A DNA stretch of 64,000 nucleotides from an uncultured bacterium (GCA_963717085.1 CAVQVM010000019.1:137397-201396), one strand, 5' to 3'; counted from the first letter of the stretch, positions 28,018 through 37,488 are shown. Translations and numbers: made by a program. The notes: generated by a model from the letters alone, not told the origin.

Positions 28018-28875
28018 CTTCCAGATCCGAATGAGGTTGTCGGGGAGCCGTACGGAGAAGACTCCCGACGGCGAGGCCTCGGCGAGGAGCTGTCGTAGGT
28101 CTGCTTCGAACTCGTCGACTCGGTCGCCGAACAGGTGTGGTGCGGTTGGCGACGATGAGAACCTCGTCGCGACGAGGTCGTCGACGGTGCGTTCGAGGAC
28201 GCGTCCGTCCGGCACGATGATCTCGCGGGCTGGCTCAAAGCCTGCGTCGATGAAGACGGCGTCTTCTCCGTCAGGTGAGGAGTTGCGGATGCTGCGTCCG
28301 GCGCGGGTATCGGGGCCGAGATACCGGCGGCGGAGCTCGACCATCGCGTCGTCGGGCGGGAACGGATGAGGAAGGCCAGGTGCGGCCGCGTCGGCCAGCG
28401 CGTCGCACCGGTACGAAGGCGCGTCGATCTGAATCGCGACGCCGGCCCGATCGAGCATCGAGCGGACGAGCCGCGCGACCTTCCGCCGGTCCATCCAATG
28501 AAGCGACGCGGCAAACGCCACAACGCGGAAGGTTCCCAGTGTTCCGGGGAGTTCCTCTGCGCGCATGCGCACCCATTGCGCGTTCGTGAGGCCGCCGCCG
28601 TGCGCGACTCGTTCGGCCTCGGCGAGCATGTCGGCATCAGGGTCGAGTCCGACGACTTCGTCGAAGAGATGGGCGAGCCGGATTGTGACGGCACCCGGAC
28701 CGCAACCAACGTCGAAAAGCCGTCCGCGGCCGTCGAGCGCTAGCGCCGTACGCAACCGTCCGCGAGCCCCTCGGCATACGGAAGCCGACCCTCCGTGTAA
28801 TACGGCGCGGCGCCGGCGAACAACGTTTCGTCCCACTCCCAGTCTTGCCAGCCGCCAGGGGTCATGCAGTCGCAA
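28006..28875 (-). CDS. Class I SAM-dependent methyltransferase (N-terminal frameshift suspected)
   Basis: RLFDVGCGPGAVTIRLA...VVGLDPDADML motif I. A conserved-looking N-terminus MTPGGWQDWEWDETLFAGAAPYYTEGRLPYAEGLAD starts at 28865 in another frame and stops at 28741. Confidence 0.75.
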   Translation of the reverse strand: MRLHDPWRLARLGVGRNVVRRRRAVLHGGSASVCRGARGRLRTALALDGRGRLFDVGCGPGAVTIRLAHLFDEVVGLDPDADMLAEAERVAHGGGLTNAQWVRMRAEELPGTLGTFRVVAFAASLHWMDRRKVARLVRSMLDRAGVAIQIDAPSYRCDALADAAAPGLPHPFPPDDAMVELRRRYLGPDTRAGRSIRNSSPDGEDAVFIDAGFEPAREIIVPDGRVLERTVDDLVATRFSSSPTAPHLFGDRVDEFEADLRQLLAEASPSGVFSVRLPDNLIRIWKPET

Positions 28876-28950
28876 GCCTACGAACGAATTCCATTCCGGC
28901 CATCGAGCGAGCTGGGGAAGGGTTCACGAGCATCACGGGTTGTGACATGC

Positions 28951-29403
28951 ATGACCTCCGATCTCGAGGCCAGGGTCCGCCGACTCGAGGATCGAGTTCT
29001 GATCAGTGACCGGGTCATCAGCTATGCGGTCTCGGTCGACCAGCGCGACTGGGTTCGGTTCGCTGACTGCTTCACCGATCCGGTGCACGCCGACTACTCC
29101 GAGAACGGGCTGCCGGCCGCCGACTTCGCTCGGGACGATCTCGTCGACATCGTCCGCTCGGCCGTCAGCGGCTACACGGCCACACAACACCTCAGCGCCA
29201 ACCACGTCACCGACTTCGATCTCGATGATCCCGACCGGGCAACCTGCCACTCATCGATGTACGCGCAGCACCATCTCGCCGACGGCGAGGAGCTGCTCAT
29301 CCTGCGCGGCTGGTACGCCAACCACCTGGTCCGTGTTGCGAACGGATGGAAGATCGACCGGATCGTCCAACACGTGAGCTGGCGCGAGGTCAGACGTCCA
29401 TGA
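28951..29403 (+). CDS. SnoaL-like/NTF2-fold protein
   Basis: ATG at 28951: LEARVRRLEDRVLISDRVISYAVSVDQRDWVRFADCFTD...HLSANHV. Confidence 0.8.
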   Translation: MTSDLEARVRRLEDRVLISDRVISYAVSVDQRDWVRFADCFTDPVHADYSENGLPAADFARDDLVDIVRSAVSGYTATQHLSANHVTDFDLDDPDRATCHSSMYAQHHLADGEELLILRGWYANHLVRVANGWKIDRIVQHVSWREVRRP

Positions 29404-29435
29404 CCGACGGTCTCGACCGATGAGAGGACGGCGAC

Positions 29436-29795
29436 ATGGATGAAGGAGCTTCTCCGACGAGCACCGAGCCCGACGTGCGGGCGGTGATCGATCGCTATCT
29501 CCGAGCCCACGATCGGCGTGACACCGACGCGGCGCTCTCGACGTTCGCCGCCAACGCAATCGTGGTCGATGATGGCCAGCGGTACGCCGGCCCCGATCGC
29601 ATACGCGACTGGCTGGCCAATGCGTCGACGGAGTTCAGCTACACACGGACGTTCACCGGTGCCGACGCCGTGGACGCCGACACCTGGCTCGTCACGAACC
29701 GGCTCGAAGGCGACTTCCCCGGCGGGGTCGTCGATCTCGGCTACCGGTTCCGGTTGGCGGGCGATGCGATCGCGGAGCTGCTCATCGCTACCTGA
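29436..29795 (+). CDS. SnoaL-like/NTF2-fold protein
   Basis: 119 aa: VRAVIDRYLRAHDRRDTDAALSTFAANAIVVDDG. Confidence 0.8.
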   Translation: MDEGASPTSTEPDVRAVIDRYLRAHDRRDTDAALSTFAANAIVVDDGQRYAGPDRIRDWLANASTEFSYTRTFTGADAVDADTWLVTNRLEGDFPGGVVDLGYRFRLAGDAIAELLIAT

Positions 29796-29962
29796 CGCCC
29801 TGCATGCCCGAACCGCGGTTCGCTCGGTCGCGTGAACCACCTCCCAAAGCCGGCGTTGGGGGGCGTTGCTCACCGGTTGCTGTGCTTCCCTGGCCCTGCC
29901 GCGGTATCGAATCCTCCGAAACCCGCGTCGTCAGTGCGGCGTCGATGCGTACGGTCTCTGCA

Positions 29963-30352
29963 ATGGATCCTGAGTTCGCCTTGAAGTTCGCTGAGGAGTG
30001 GGAGTCGGCATGGAACTCCCACGACATCGACCGGATTCTCACTCACTACACCGACGACGTCGTCTTCCAATCGCCCTACGTCGTGCATCGCTTCCAAGAG
30101 CCGACGGGTGAGGTGCGCGGCAAGGATGCACTCCGCAACTACTGGGAATCGGGGCTCGAACAGCGGCCTGACCTTCGCTTCACAGTGGAGGACGTCCGCG
30201 TCTCGGTGGACACGCTCGTCGTCAACTATCGCAACCACCTCGGCCACGCCGTCTCCGAGGTCCTGAGGTTCAGAGACGGCCTTGTCTACTGGGGCTGCGG
30301 TGCGTACGTGCCCGGCAAGTCACTGTCAGCGACACGCAGCCTCAACCGCTGA
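29963..30352 (+). CDS. SnoaL-like/NTF2-fold protein
   Basis: ATG at 29963: FAEEWESAWNSHDIDRILTHYTDDVVFQSP. Confidence 0.8.
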   Translation: MDPEFALKFAEEWESAWNSHDIDRILTHYTDDVVFQSPYVVHRFQEPTGEVRGKDALRNYWESGLEQRPDLRFTVEDVRVSVDTLVVNYRNHLGHAVSEVLRFRDGLVYWGCGAYVPGKSLSATRSLNR

Positions 30353-30690
30353 AGCAACGGACTTGGCTGAGCGCGGCCACCTCTCACCCGGCGTTTACGG
30401 ACAGTCCCCGTCAAAGGGCCGGAGCCGTCCGTGGTCAGGACATCTTCTATCCCGAGGCCGGGTCACTCCGTGCTGCGGGTGCCGACCAGCTCGCCGTCAT
30501 TTGGCCGGGCGACAGGCGCTCCCGCTGCTAGTCCCCTGCTGATCGGTGACCCGTCGCTGGTGGAGGTGCCGGCGTGTTCAGCCGGCGAGCCCAACCTGCC
30601 GAAGCCGGCGTCGTCGCCGCCCCAGCCGCTGATCGCGGCGCCGCGATGATTTCGGCCCAGCGGCTTGCGCTCCGTGACTGGACTGAGCTC

Positions 30691-32918
30691 TTACGAGCGT
30701 GCAAGTGCGGCAGCTTCGGCGACGATGTCGTGAGCCCCGAGCGCGAGGGCGGCGTTATTGGCGAGCGAAAGTTGAGCGAGGCCACGCTCGTGATCGCGCG
30801 TGAGGAGCGAGCGCCCCCACTCGAGCCGCGTCCGTGCCGTCCAGACGGGGGCGTTCATTCGCTCGTGGATGTCGGTGGCCTGCGCGAAGGCATCGTCCGC
30901 GTGGCCCGGTCTGTCGAGTCTCGTGGCGAGCATGCCGATGTAGTGCGCCACGCTGCCGAGGCAGGTCGCGGGGGTGACGACGAGCTGGTTGCGCCAGGGT
31001 GACAGCAGTTCGTGCAGCTCGTCGACGATCTTGGGTGTTCCCGCACGCGCAGCGGCGTCAGCGACGAGCGACATCACGGTGAGCCAGAAGCCGTTGTAGG
31101 GCACGTCGGAGAAATCGCGCGCAGCCAGCCCGGTCAGGAGACGTTCGGCATCCCGCGGTTGTGGGAGGTGTGCGTAGGCGTGGCAGGCGAACGCTCGGTC
31201 GAGCGGCAGTTCGAGGGGCATCGAGGCCAGAACGCCGGCGATCTCGGTGAGACGACCTTCGTTCCACAAGATGAGGTAGAGCTGTCCGCCAAAGAGGGAG
31301 TCGGCCTCCTCGCCGGCATCCCGACCGGTCTCCAGTGCAGATCTTGCCTGGCGTTTGGCGGACGGCAAGTCACCGTGCCAGGTGAGTTGGCGGGCTTGGG
31401 TGTACTGCGCACGCCAGCGCGCCCCGCGTTGCCGAGACGGTCGGCGATCTCCGCGGCGGCGACGTCCGACTGCTCGGACTCAGCGTCGTCACCGGCCTCG
31501 AGGCATGCCATCGACCGATTGCTCAATGCTCCCCACCGGGATCTGAGATCGTCCAGTCCTGCAACCACGGCGAGGTCTTCGCAGGTGTTCGACAATCGCT
31601 CGTCGAGAGTGTCGGGTGCCTGAATTGTGGAGAAGCGCGCTGCCAGAACCTGATGCAGTGTCACGGCATCACGTGATGCGCGTGCCAGCCCGAGGGCTGT
31701 GTCGCTGAGCTTGCGGCGTTCCGCGAAGTTCGGTGATGCAACCAGCTCGGATGCGAGGACAGCGAGCACACGCGCGTGATCAGACGGCGTGCTGGCAGCC
31801 TCGAGTGCTCGACGGAGCAGTGCGACCCGCTCCGAGTCGAGCCGTGTGGTTGCGGCATCGATCTGCCGGCTTCCCGCAAGCGCGGCGCGCACCAGCATCC
31901 CGCGATCGCCGAGGTGATCTGCAAGCCGGGCGGCCGCAACACCGGTCGAGCGGCGCGCGGGATCGCCCGCGAGGTACTCGCTCTCCGCCAGCCGCACGAG
32001 CACCTCACACTCGCGCACGAGTGATCCGCCGTCGGCTCCGGCACTGGTGAGCGCCCTGCGGTAGCAGGCCGCCGCCTCGGCGGGCGCGCCCCGCCGGAAC
32101 GCCACGTCCCCTGCGCGCAGCGCATCCTCGGACGCGTTCGTGGGTGAACCAGTCGGCGCCGTCAGCCAGGGAGCGCTGAGAGCGCCCCGCCAGTCCAACG
32201 CTGGGTCTTGGGCGAGGATCGCTGCTTCGAGACGTCGGAGGGCCTCGCTCGGCTCGATGCCGAGCTGGGTGATCATCAGGTCGCGGGCCCGCTGAAACGC
32301 GCGCAGCGCCTCTGCGTGTCGCCCCGACCGGTACAGGGCGGTCATCAACAGCTTCCACCGTCGTTCCCGCAATGGTGCGTCGGCGACGCTTGCCTCGATC
32401 TCCGCTACCGCATCGAGATGCTCCCCCTGCGCGAGCAAAGCGTCCAGGCGGTCCTCGACCACGGTGCGGCAAAGCTCCGAAAGCCGAGCGATCTCACCTC
32501 GAGCGAAGGACCAGTCCCCCAGGTCCTGATAGGGCTCACCCCGCCAGAGTCGGAGGGCTTCATCGAACCTGTCGATCGCCGCTGCAGTGTGACCGACACG
32601 CGACGCCGCTCGGGCGTCGAGCGTGAGCGCCTCGAACCGTTGGGCGTCGATCTCTCCCCGAGCGACCATGAGCACGTAGCCGCCGGGCCGAGTCTCGATC
32701 ATCCCAGTCCCCAGGCTGCGGCGAAGTGCGAGCACGTGATTCTGCACGACCTTGCGGGCGCTCGCCGGAACGTCCTCGCCCCACATGGCGTCCGCGATGC
32801 GCTCGTGGTCGACGGCGTCACCGGTCGCGAACGCGAGCGCGGCGAGGGCGCGGCGACGTAATCGGGCGGGCGGGGTGTCCCATCCGCCCGCGCCGCACAC
32901 CGCGAGCGGCCCGAGCAC
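30691..32918 (-). pseudogene. SARP/AfsR-type regulator (wHTH + BTAD + TPR-like C-terminal region), frameshifted near 31430
   Basis: N-terminal ...HERIADAMWGEDVPASARKVVQNHVLALRRSL...IDAQRFE...WRGEPYQDL...LMTALYRSGRHAEALRAFQRAR. The reading frame switches between track ORFs 31134-32918 and 30691-31368. No NB-ARC P-loop is present. Confidence 0.75.
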
Positions 32919-33001
32919 ACGGCACCGGATCGTGGGCGCAGGCTAACGCAGGTCACCGCAGTTCCTGAGCGAGAGCCGCGTGAGCGGCCCTCGCTCGCTG
33001 G

Positions 33002-33286
33002 TCAGCCGTTGCAGGTGTTCACGGCGATGCTGTCAGGCGTGAGCCCCGCCTGTAGCTGCTGGATCCCGTCACCGAGACCTGGATGGCCGTCGGGCTGTTG
33101 CGCGAAGCCGGAAACGAGGTCCCCGATCGCGCCCGGGGGAGCCCCGAGGTCCCGGAGCGTATTTGCGGCCCCGCTGAACGTCGTCCCCACGCACGCCTGT
33201 ACCACCGGTTCGCTTGCGCCAGCCTCCGTCGCCAGACCGGTCAATACGCACGCTGACACCGCACCCGCAACGATCCATCGCTTCAT
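33002..33286 (-). CDS. Small secreted protein
   Basis: ATG at 33286 after AGGAGGA. Signal peptide MKRWIVAGAVSACVLTGLATEAGA. Confidence 0.7.
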   Translation of the reverse strand: MKRWIVAGAVSACVLTGLATEAGASEPVVQACVGTTFSGAANTLRDLGAPPGAIGDLVSGFAQQPDGHPGLGDGIQQLQAGLTPDSIAVNTCNG

Positions 33287-33889
33287 CTCGATCCTCCTGT
33301 GGAAGTCTTCGAAGCGAGGATGCTCGTCGACGGTCTCGCCCTGGTCTCGCGGCGTTTGGTCGACCGTCGACCGTCCGTACGAAAGCCGATCGGCATCACC
33401 ACACGGCGAAGCGGTAGCCCGAAAGTGCCGATCGGGGACGCTCGCAATCGTGAGCAAGCCAGTCTGACCGGTCGCCGCTGTCGCGCCAGATCTGCAGCGC
33501 GATGTCGAGGGATCGGAGGCGGTCGCACCACGACAGGGGGACTTCGACCTTACGAGGAAGGGACTTTCTCCTCTATTTCGTCACTGACGGTGGCAAAACC
33601 ATCCCTGATGCCTTACGATGTAAGGCGTCAGGGACCCGGGTCGGGCGCTTTCGCCTTTCGGGTCCCAGCGGCGGGCCTCTCAACCCTGTGTGCCCGGCCG
33701 CGCTCGGCCCCTCGACGTAGTGGGCCGAGCGGGGCTGGCGCAGTTGGGGGCGGTGGTGCCGAAGGGCGATGGCAAGGCGGGCACGGGCGGACAGGCCGCG
33801 CGGTTCGAGGTTCGATCCCTCGCGGTGCCACTCCAAGGAAGTACCCGTCCCTCCTGCAAACGCGCCCCGCTGGGCGCAGAAGGAAACAA

Positions 33890-34630
33890 GTGAGTCCCCG
33901 CACAACTACCCCCGCGCAACGTTGGATCGGCCTCGGCATCGCGTTTGTGTGCATCCTGGCCATTGCTGGCGGCGTCATCCTCGCCCTCCGCAACAGCAAC
34001 GACGAGAACGACAACGCCGGCTACATCGACACGTTCCAAGACTTGGCCGCCGACGAAGGCGTCAACATCACCGACAACGAAGCCGAATGCCTCCTCAACG
34101 TCGTCGACGACTACGTCCCGGTTGACGAGTACATCGCCACCTACGCCGACGGCGGCGAAACCGACTTCTCCGACGCCGACGAAACCCAGGCAGGTCTCGC
34201 CATCATGGCGGAGTGCCCGTCGGTAGTCGGCAAGATCTTCGATGCCGATGACTCAGGCGAGTACGACGCCGGCGACCTCGACACCGCCGCCGACGACTCG
34301 GACGAGTCCGCGACGCCGCCGACAACCCTGCCGCCGACACCCCCGACAACGCTGCCGCCGACGCCCCCGACAACGCTGCCGGACGAGTCGCCGGCAACTC
34401 CACCGGCGACGACCGACCAGTCCTGCGGCGACCTGTACCAAGCCACGATCAACGCTCCCCTCGGTTCGGACGAATGGGACGCCTTCGAGGCATCTGGCTG
34501 CGATAGCTACGACGGTGACGGCATCGGCTGCGACGCCTTGTACCAAGACGCCCTCAACGCCCCTGAGGGCCCGGAAGGCGACGACGAATGGCAAGCCCTC
34601 GCCGACAACGAATGCATCGTTGGCGAGTGA
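33890..34630 (+). CDS. Membrane-anchored acidic, Pro/Thr-repeat, Cys-containing protein
   Basis: GTG at 33890. TM segment WIGLGIAFVCILAIAGGVILAL, an Asp-rich region, a PPTTLPPTPPTTLPPTPPTTLP linker, and a C-terminal region with paired Cys. Confidence 0.6.
   Translation: MSPRTTTPAQRWIGLGIAFVCILAIAGGVILALRNSNDENDNAGYIDTFQDLAADEGVNITDNEAECLLNVVDDYVPVDEYIATYADGGETDFSDADETQAGLAIMAECPSVVGKIFDADDSGEYDAGDLDTAADDSDESATPPTTLPPTPPTTLPPTPPTTLPDESPATPPATTDQSCGDLYQATINAPLGSDEWDAFEASGCDSYDGDGIGCDALYQDALNAPEGPEGDDEWQALADNECIVGE
34316..34378. repeat. 24-bp coding tandem repeat (Pro/Thr linker)
   Basis: ccgccgac[a/g]cccccgacaacgctg occurs at 34331-34354 and 34355-34378, with a shortened unit at 34316-34330. 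Confidence 0.85.
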
Positions 34631-34709
34631 GTGACGTCACGCTCACCGACGTCGCCACCCACCACGAATACCGCATCGAACCCCTACATCCCCCGAAAGC
34701 AAGGAAACA

Positions 34710-35423
34710 GTGAACGTTCAACTACCCAACGCACCCTCATCGCCGCCGCCACCACCGCCGTCGGTCGAGCCGGTCGAGCCCGAGCGGAAGCGGAGCAACA
34801 AGGCGGTGCCGGCGCTCATCATCGGCGTGTTTGTGGCCGTCGTCTTCGGCATCGCCCTGGCGGTCAGCGTCGGTGATGGCGACACCGAGAACACCCCGGT
34901 CGTGGCCGAGGACCCGGAGACCACCGAAGCCCCGGCCAGCGATGAGCTGGCGGTCAGCGATGACCCACCGGCCGCCAGCGAACCGGAGCCGCCGTCCACC
35001 ACGACGACAGCCCCGCAACCGTCGATCGTCAACGTCGGGACCACCGAATGGTACGCGTGGGAAGACGGACTTGAGGCCCAGGTCACGTCGATCGAGCAGT
35101 ACACGCCCGAGTACGACGACACGCCGACCCCGGACGTGGTCGTGACGGTCACGGTCAAGAACGGAACCGGCAAGGCATACGACGCCGTGATGTCGTCGCT
35201 GAACCTGTATGGCGGACCCAACGGCGTGCAAGCCGAAAACAGCGGGTCCTACTACGGATTCGAGGGCACCATCCCGCCGGGTGGTACGGCGACCGCCAAG
35301 TGGAGCTTCACGGTTCCGCCCGAGCACTTGGGGCAGATGAGGGTCGAGTTTGCCCCGGGCTACGGCGACGACACCTACATGAACGAGTACGAGCCGGCGT
35401 TCTTCGTTGGATCGGCGGCGTGA
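34710..35423 (+). CDS. Membrane-anchored DUF4352-like protein
   Basis: 237 aa: Pro-rich N-terminus, TM segment VPALIIGVFVAVVFGIALAV, and a C-terminal beta-rich domain ...VVVTVTVKNGTGKAYD...GTIPPGGTATAKWSFTVP. Confidence 0.7.
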   Translation: MNVQLPNAPSSPPPPPPSVEPVEPERKRSNKAVPALIIGVFVAVVFGIALAVSVGDGDTENTPVVAEDPETTEAPASDELAVSDDPPAASEPEPPSTTTTAPQPSIVNVGTTEWYAWEDGLEAQVTSIEQYTPEYDDTPTPDVVVTVTVKNGTGKAYDAVMSSLNLYGGPNGVQAENSGSYYGFEGTIPPGGTATAKWSFTVPPEHLGQMRVEFAPGYGDDTYMNEYEPAFFVGSAA

Positions 35424-35530
35424 TGACGGAGGGCTGCGCCAGCGCGGCCGCCATCCCCAACGTTGGGGAAGCGGTCACGTGCGAGAACCGCGGCGTTGAG
35501 GTCCGAAACGCCTTCAAAAAAGTTCCGCCG

Positions 35531-36586
35531 TTATGGCGATGTTGGCGTGGCCGACCGGTTGAGTCCACGGCGCATGAGGTCTCCGCGCACCCTGGCGTAG
35601 ACGTCGGCGGTGACCGAAATCGACGAGTGGCCGGCGATCGCGGAGACGACTTCGAGCGGGACGCCGTCCTCGAGCAGCAGCGTCAGCGCCGTGTGACGGG
35701 TGCTGTGGAAACGGCGGTGCTCGACCCCGGCCTCGGCCAGCAGGACGGCCCAGCGTTCACCGATGCGGCGTTCGTCGATGGGCCGCCCGTCGGCCCGGCA
35801 GAACACGTAGCCGTCGATCGAGTGCACCGCCTGAGCACGTCGGTGCTCCCGAAGTACGGCCTTGGCTTCGGGGATCAGGGGGAGCGTCCGAACGCCGGCG
35901 GCCGTCTTGGAGCGGCGGACGTGCAGCTGGTCGTCGTCGATGTCCGTCCAGCGCAGGTCGAGCAGTTCGCCGATGCGGAGCCCGTACTTGAGGGCCAGCC
36001 ACCACAGGGCGTAGAGGCCGTCACCGGCGGCGGCCTTGAGGACGGCGCCGGCCTCGCTGGCGGACATGGCGACATCGGCGCCGCCGGTCACTGGCAGCGC
36101 CCGGACGTGGTCGGCGGGGTTGTGGTCGATCATGCGGGCACCGACGGCGTAACGCAGCGCCTGGCGCAGCATCTTGAGCGTCTGGTTGACGACCCCGGGT
36201 GAGAGGCCTTGGCGGCCGAGGTCGTTGACCATCGACTGGACGTGGGTTGCCCGCAGCCTGGCGAGGCGTAGGTGGCCGATGTGGGGGTTGATGCGCAGGC
36301 GGGCACCCTGCCGGTAGGTGCGTAGGGTCTTCGGGGCGATGGTGCCGGCCTTGACCTCCTCGACCCACCAGCCGAGGTACCGCTCCACGGTGCGGTGGCG
36401 GCTGTCGTCGATGCCGGTGTGGGCGGCGCGGCGGAGCCGGTCCATCTCGGCGAGCACGTCGGCCCGGCGGCGGCGGACGATACGGGCGCGGCGCCGTTTG
36501 CCGTTGGGGTAGCGGCCGTTCTCGACCTGGCCGACCCAGTAGCCGTCGGCCCGCCGGTAGATGGAGCCTTCGCCGTGGCCTCTCAT
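35531..36586 (-). CDS. Tyrosine recombinase/phage-type integrase
   Basis: ...LALKYGLRIGELLDLRWTDID...RFHSTRHTALTLLLEDGVPLEVVSAIAGHSSISVTADVYARV (R...HxxR...Y catalytic pattern). Start at ATG 36586, or upstream at 36610. Confidence 0.9.
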   Translation of the reverse strand: MRGHGEGSIYRRADGYWVGQVENGRYPNGKRRRARIVRRRRADVLAEMDRLRRAAHTGIDDSRHRTVERYLGWWVEEVKAGTIAPKTLRTYRQGARLRINPHIGHLRLARLRATHVQSMVNDLGRQGLSPGVVNQTLKMLRQALRYAVGARMIDHNPADHVRALPVTGGADVAMSASEAGAVLKAAAGDGLYALWWLALKYGLRIGELLDLRWTDIDDDQLHVRRSKTAAGVRTLPLIPEAKAVLREHRRAQAVHSIDGYVFCRADGRPIDERRIGERWAVLLAEAGVEHRRFHSTRHTALTLLLEDGVPLEVVSAIAGHSSISVTADVYARVRGDLMRRGLNRSATPTSP

Positions 36587-36606
36587 GTGAGCCGTCCTGT
36601 GAGCCG
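36586..36606. repeat. Island right-end repeat: 2 x TGTGAGCCG at the integrase start
   Basis: TGTGAGCCGTCCTGTGAGCCG shares its motif with 18818-18839. Confidence 0.5.
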
Positions 36607-36690
36607 ACACCGTTGGACCCGTCTGTTCATGTGTGACAGGCTAGTAGGCGTAAACCAGCACATCTGGACACTCACGGACAGGTTGGCGAT

Positions 36691-36704
36691 TCTCGTCGGG
36701 AGGC
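36691..36704. repeat. Putative attR core (direct repeat)
   Basis: TCTCGTCGGGAGGC is identical to 18770-18783. It is followed by CCCGATCC, which completes the hairpin arm complementary to 18759-18766. Confidence 0.65.
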
Positions 36705-36767
36705 CCCGATCCATCGCGTCAGCGCAGACGTCGTTCTGGTTCGCCTCGCAGACCTACGCTCGACGCG

Positions 36768-37280
36768 GTGGCGCCCCTGCAGGGAGACCTGGTTCGGCTG
36801 CGACGGGCGTCGGCGGCCGACATCCCTCGGCTGGTGGAGATCCGCCGCACCCCTGAGGTCTACGCGCGCTGGCGGGGCGGTGACGACATCGTGTCTGCGG
36901 TGCAGGAGGACTTCGCCGAACCGGGCATCGTCGCGTACGTGATCGAGCTCGAAGGTCGGGTAGTCGGGTGGATCCAGTGGCAGGCCGAGGAGGACCTGGA
37001 CTATCGCCACGCCAGCATCGACATCTACGTCGACCCGGCCGTCCACGGGCGGGGGATTGGCACCGACGCGGTCCGAACGCTGGCCCGCCACCTCATCGTC
37101 GAACACGGCCATCATCGGCTGGAGATCGACCCGGCCGCCGACAACGTGGCTGCCATCCGCTGCTACTCCAAGGTGGGGTTCCGGCCCGTCGGCATCTTGC
37201 GCCGGTCTGAGCGGGGGCCGGACGGCAGCTGGCACGACGGTCTGCTCATGGACCTCCTGGCCGAGGAGCTGGCTGGCTAG
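36768..37280 (+). CDS. GNAT-family N-acetyltransferase
   Basis: 170 aa: ...IDIYVDPAVHGRGIGTDAVRTLARHLI...LEIDPAADNVAAIRCYSKVGF. Confidence 0.85.
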   Translation: MAPLQGDLVRLRRASAADIPRLVEIRRTPEVYARWRGGDDIVSAVQEDFAEPGIVAYVIELEGRVVGWIQWQAEEDLDYRHASIDIYVDPAVHGRGIGTDAVRTLARHLIVEHGHHRLEIDPAADNVAAIRCYSKVGFRPVGILRRSERGPDGSWHDGLLMDLLAEELAG

Positions 37281-37296
37281 TGGGGCGCCCCACTAA
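37277..37296. repeat. Minimal CTAG-TGGGG palindrome on the GNAT stop codon
   Basis: CTAGTGGGGCGCCCCACTAA. The perfect 18-bp palindrome TAGTGGGGC/GCCCCACTA equals the two ends of the 13947-14113 element joined together. Confidence 0.7.
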
Positions 37297-37488
37297 AGAC
37301 TGGGTCGAACGACGCCTGGCGATCGCACGAGCCCGCCGGGTCCGAGCCGTGCACGAACGGATCGCCTCGGCACGTTCCCGCCTCGCCTAGGTCGCCGGAC
37401 GTTTCGCCGTGCGGGAAATCGCGAACCGGCTGGGGCTGCGGCACGTACAGGACCGGCAACGGACCGATGCACACGGAGGCAGGAACTC

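Larger units (their letters stand above)
18770..36704. mobile_element. ~17.9-kb integrase-bearing genomic island inserted in the hairpin downstream of the RTX-like gene
   Basis: 14-bp direct repeat TCTCGTCGGGAGGC at 18770-18783 and 36691-36704. Joining the outer flanks rebuilds the perfect hairpin GGATCGGGGCCTC-TCGTCGG-GAGGCCCCGATCC. A tyrosine integrase sits at the right end, and the interior holds IS elements and fragmented genes. Confidence 0.7.

Noticed and set aside
33731-33830. tRNA-like stretch ending in a T-arm look-alike (CGAGG-TTCGATC-CCTCG followed by CGGTGCCA)
   Set aside because: I could not find a complementary 5' acceptor strand (GGCACCG), a D-arm or a sensible anticodon stem in any register, including long-variable-arm, tRNA-Sec and tmRNA layouts. 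No second copy exists that would mark an att site. It could be a tRNA-derived relic, but I cannot support a gene call.
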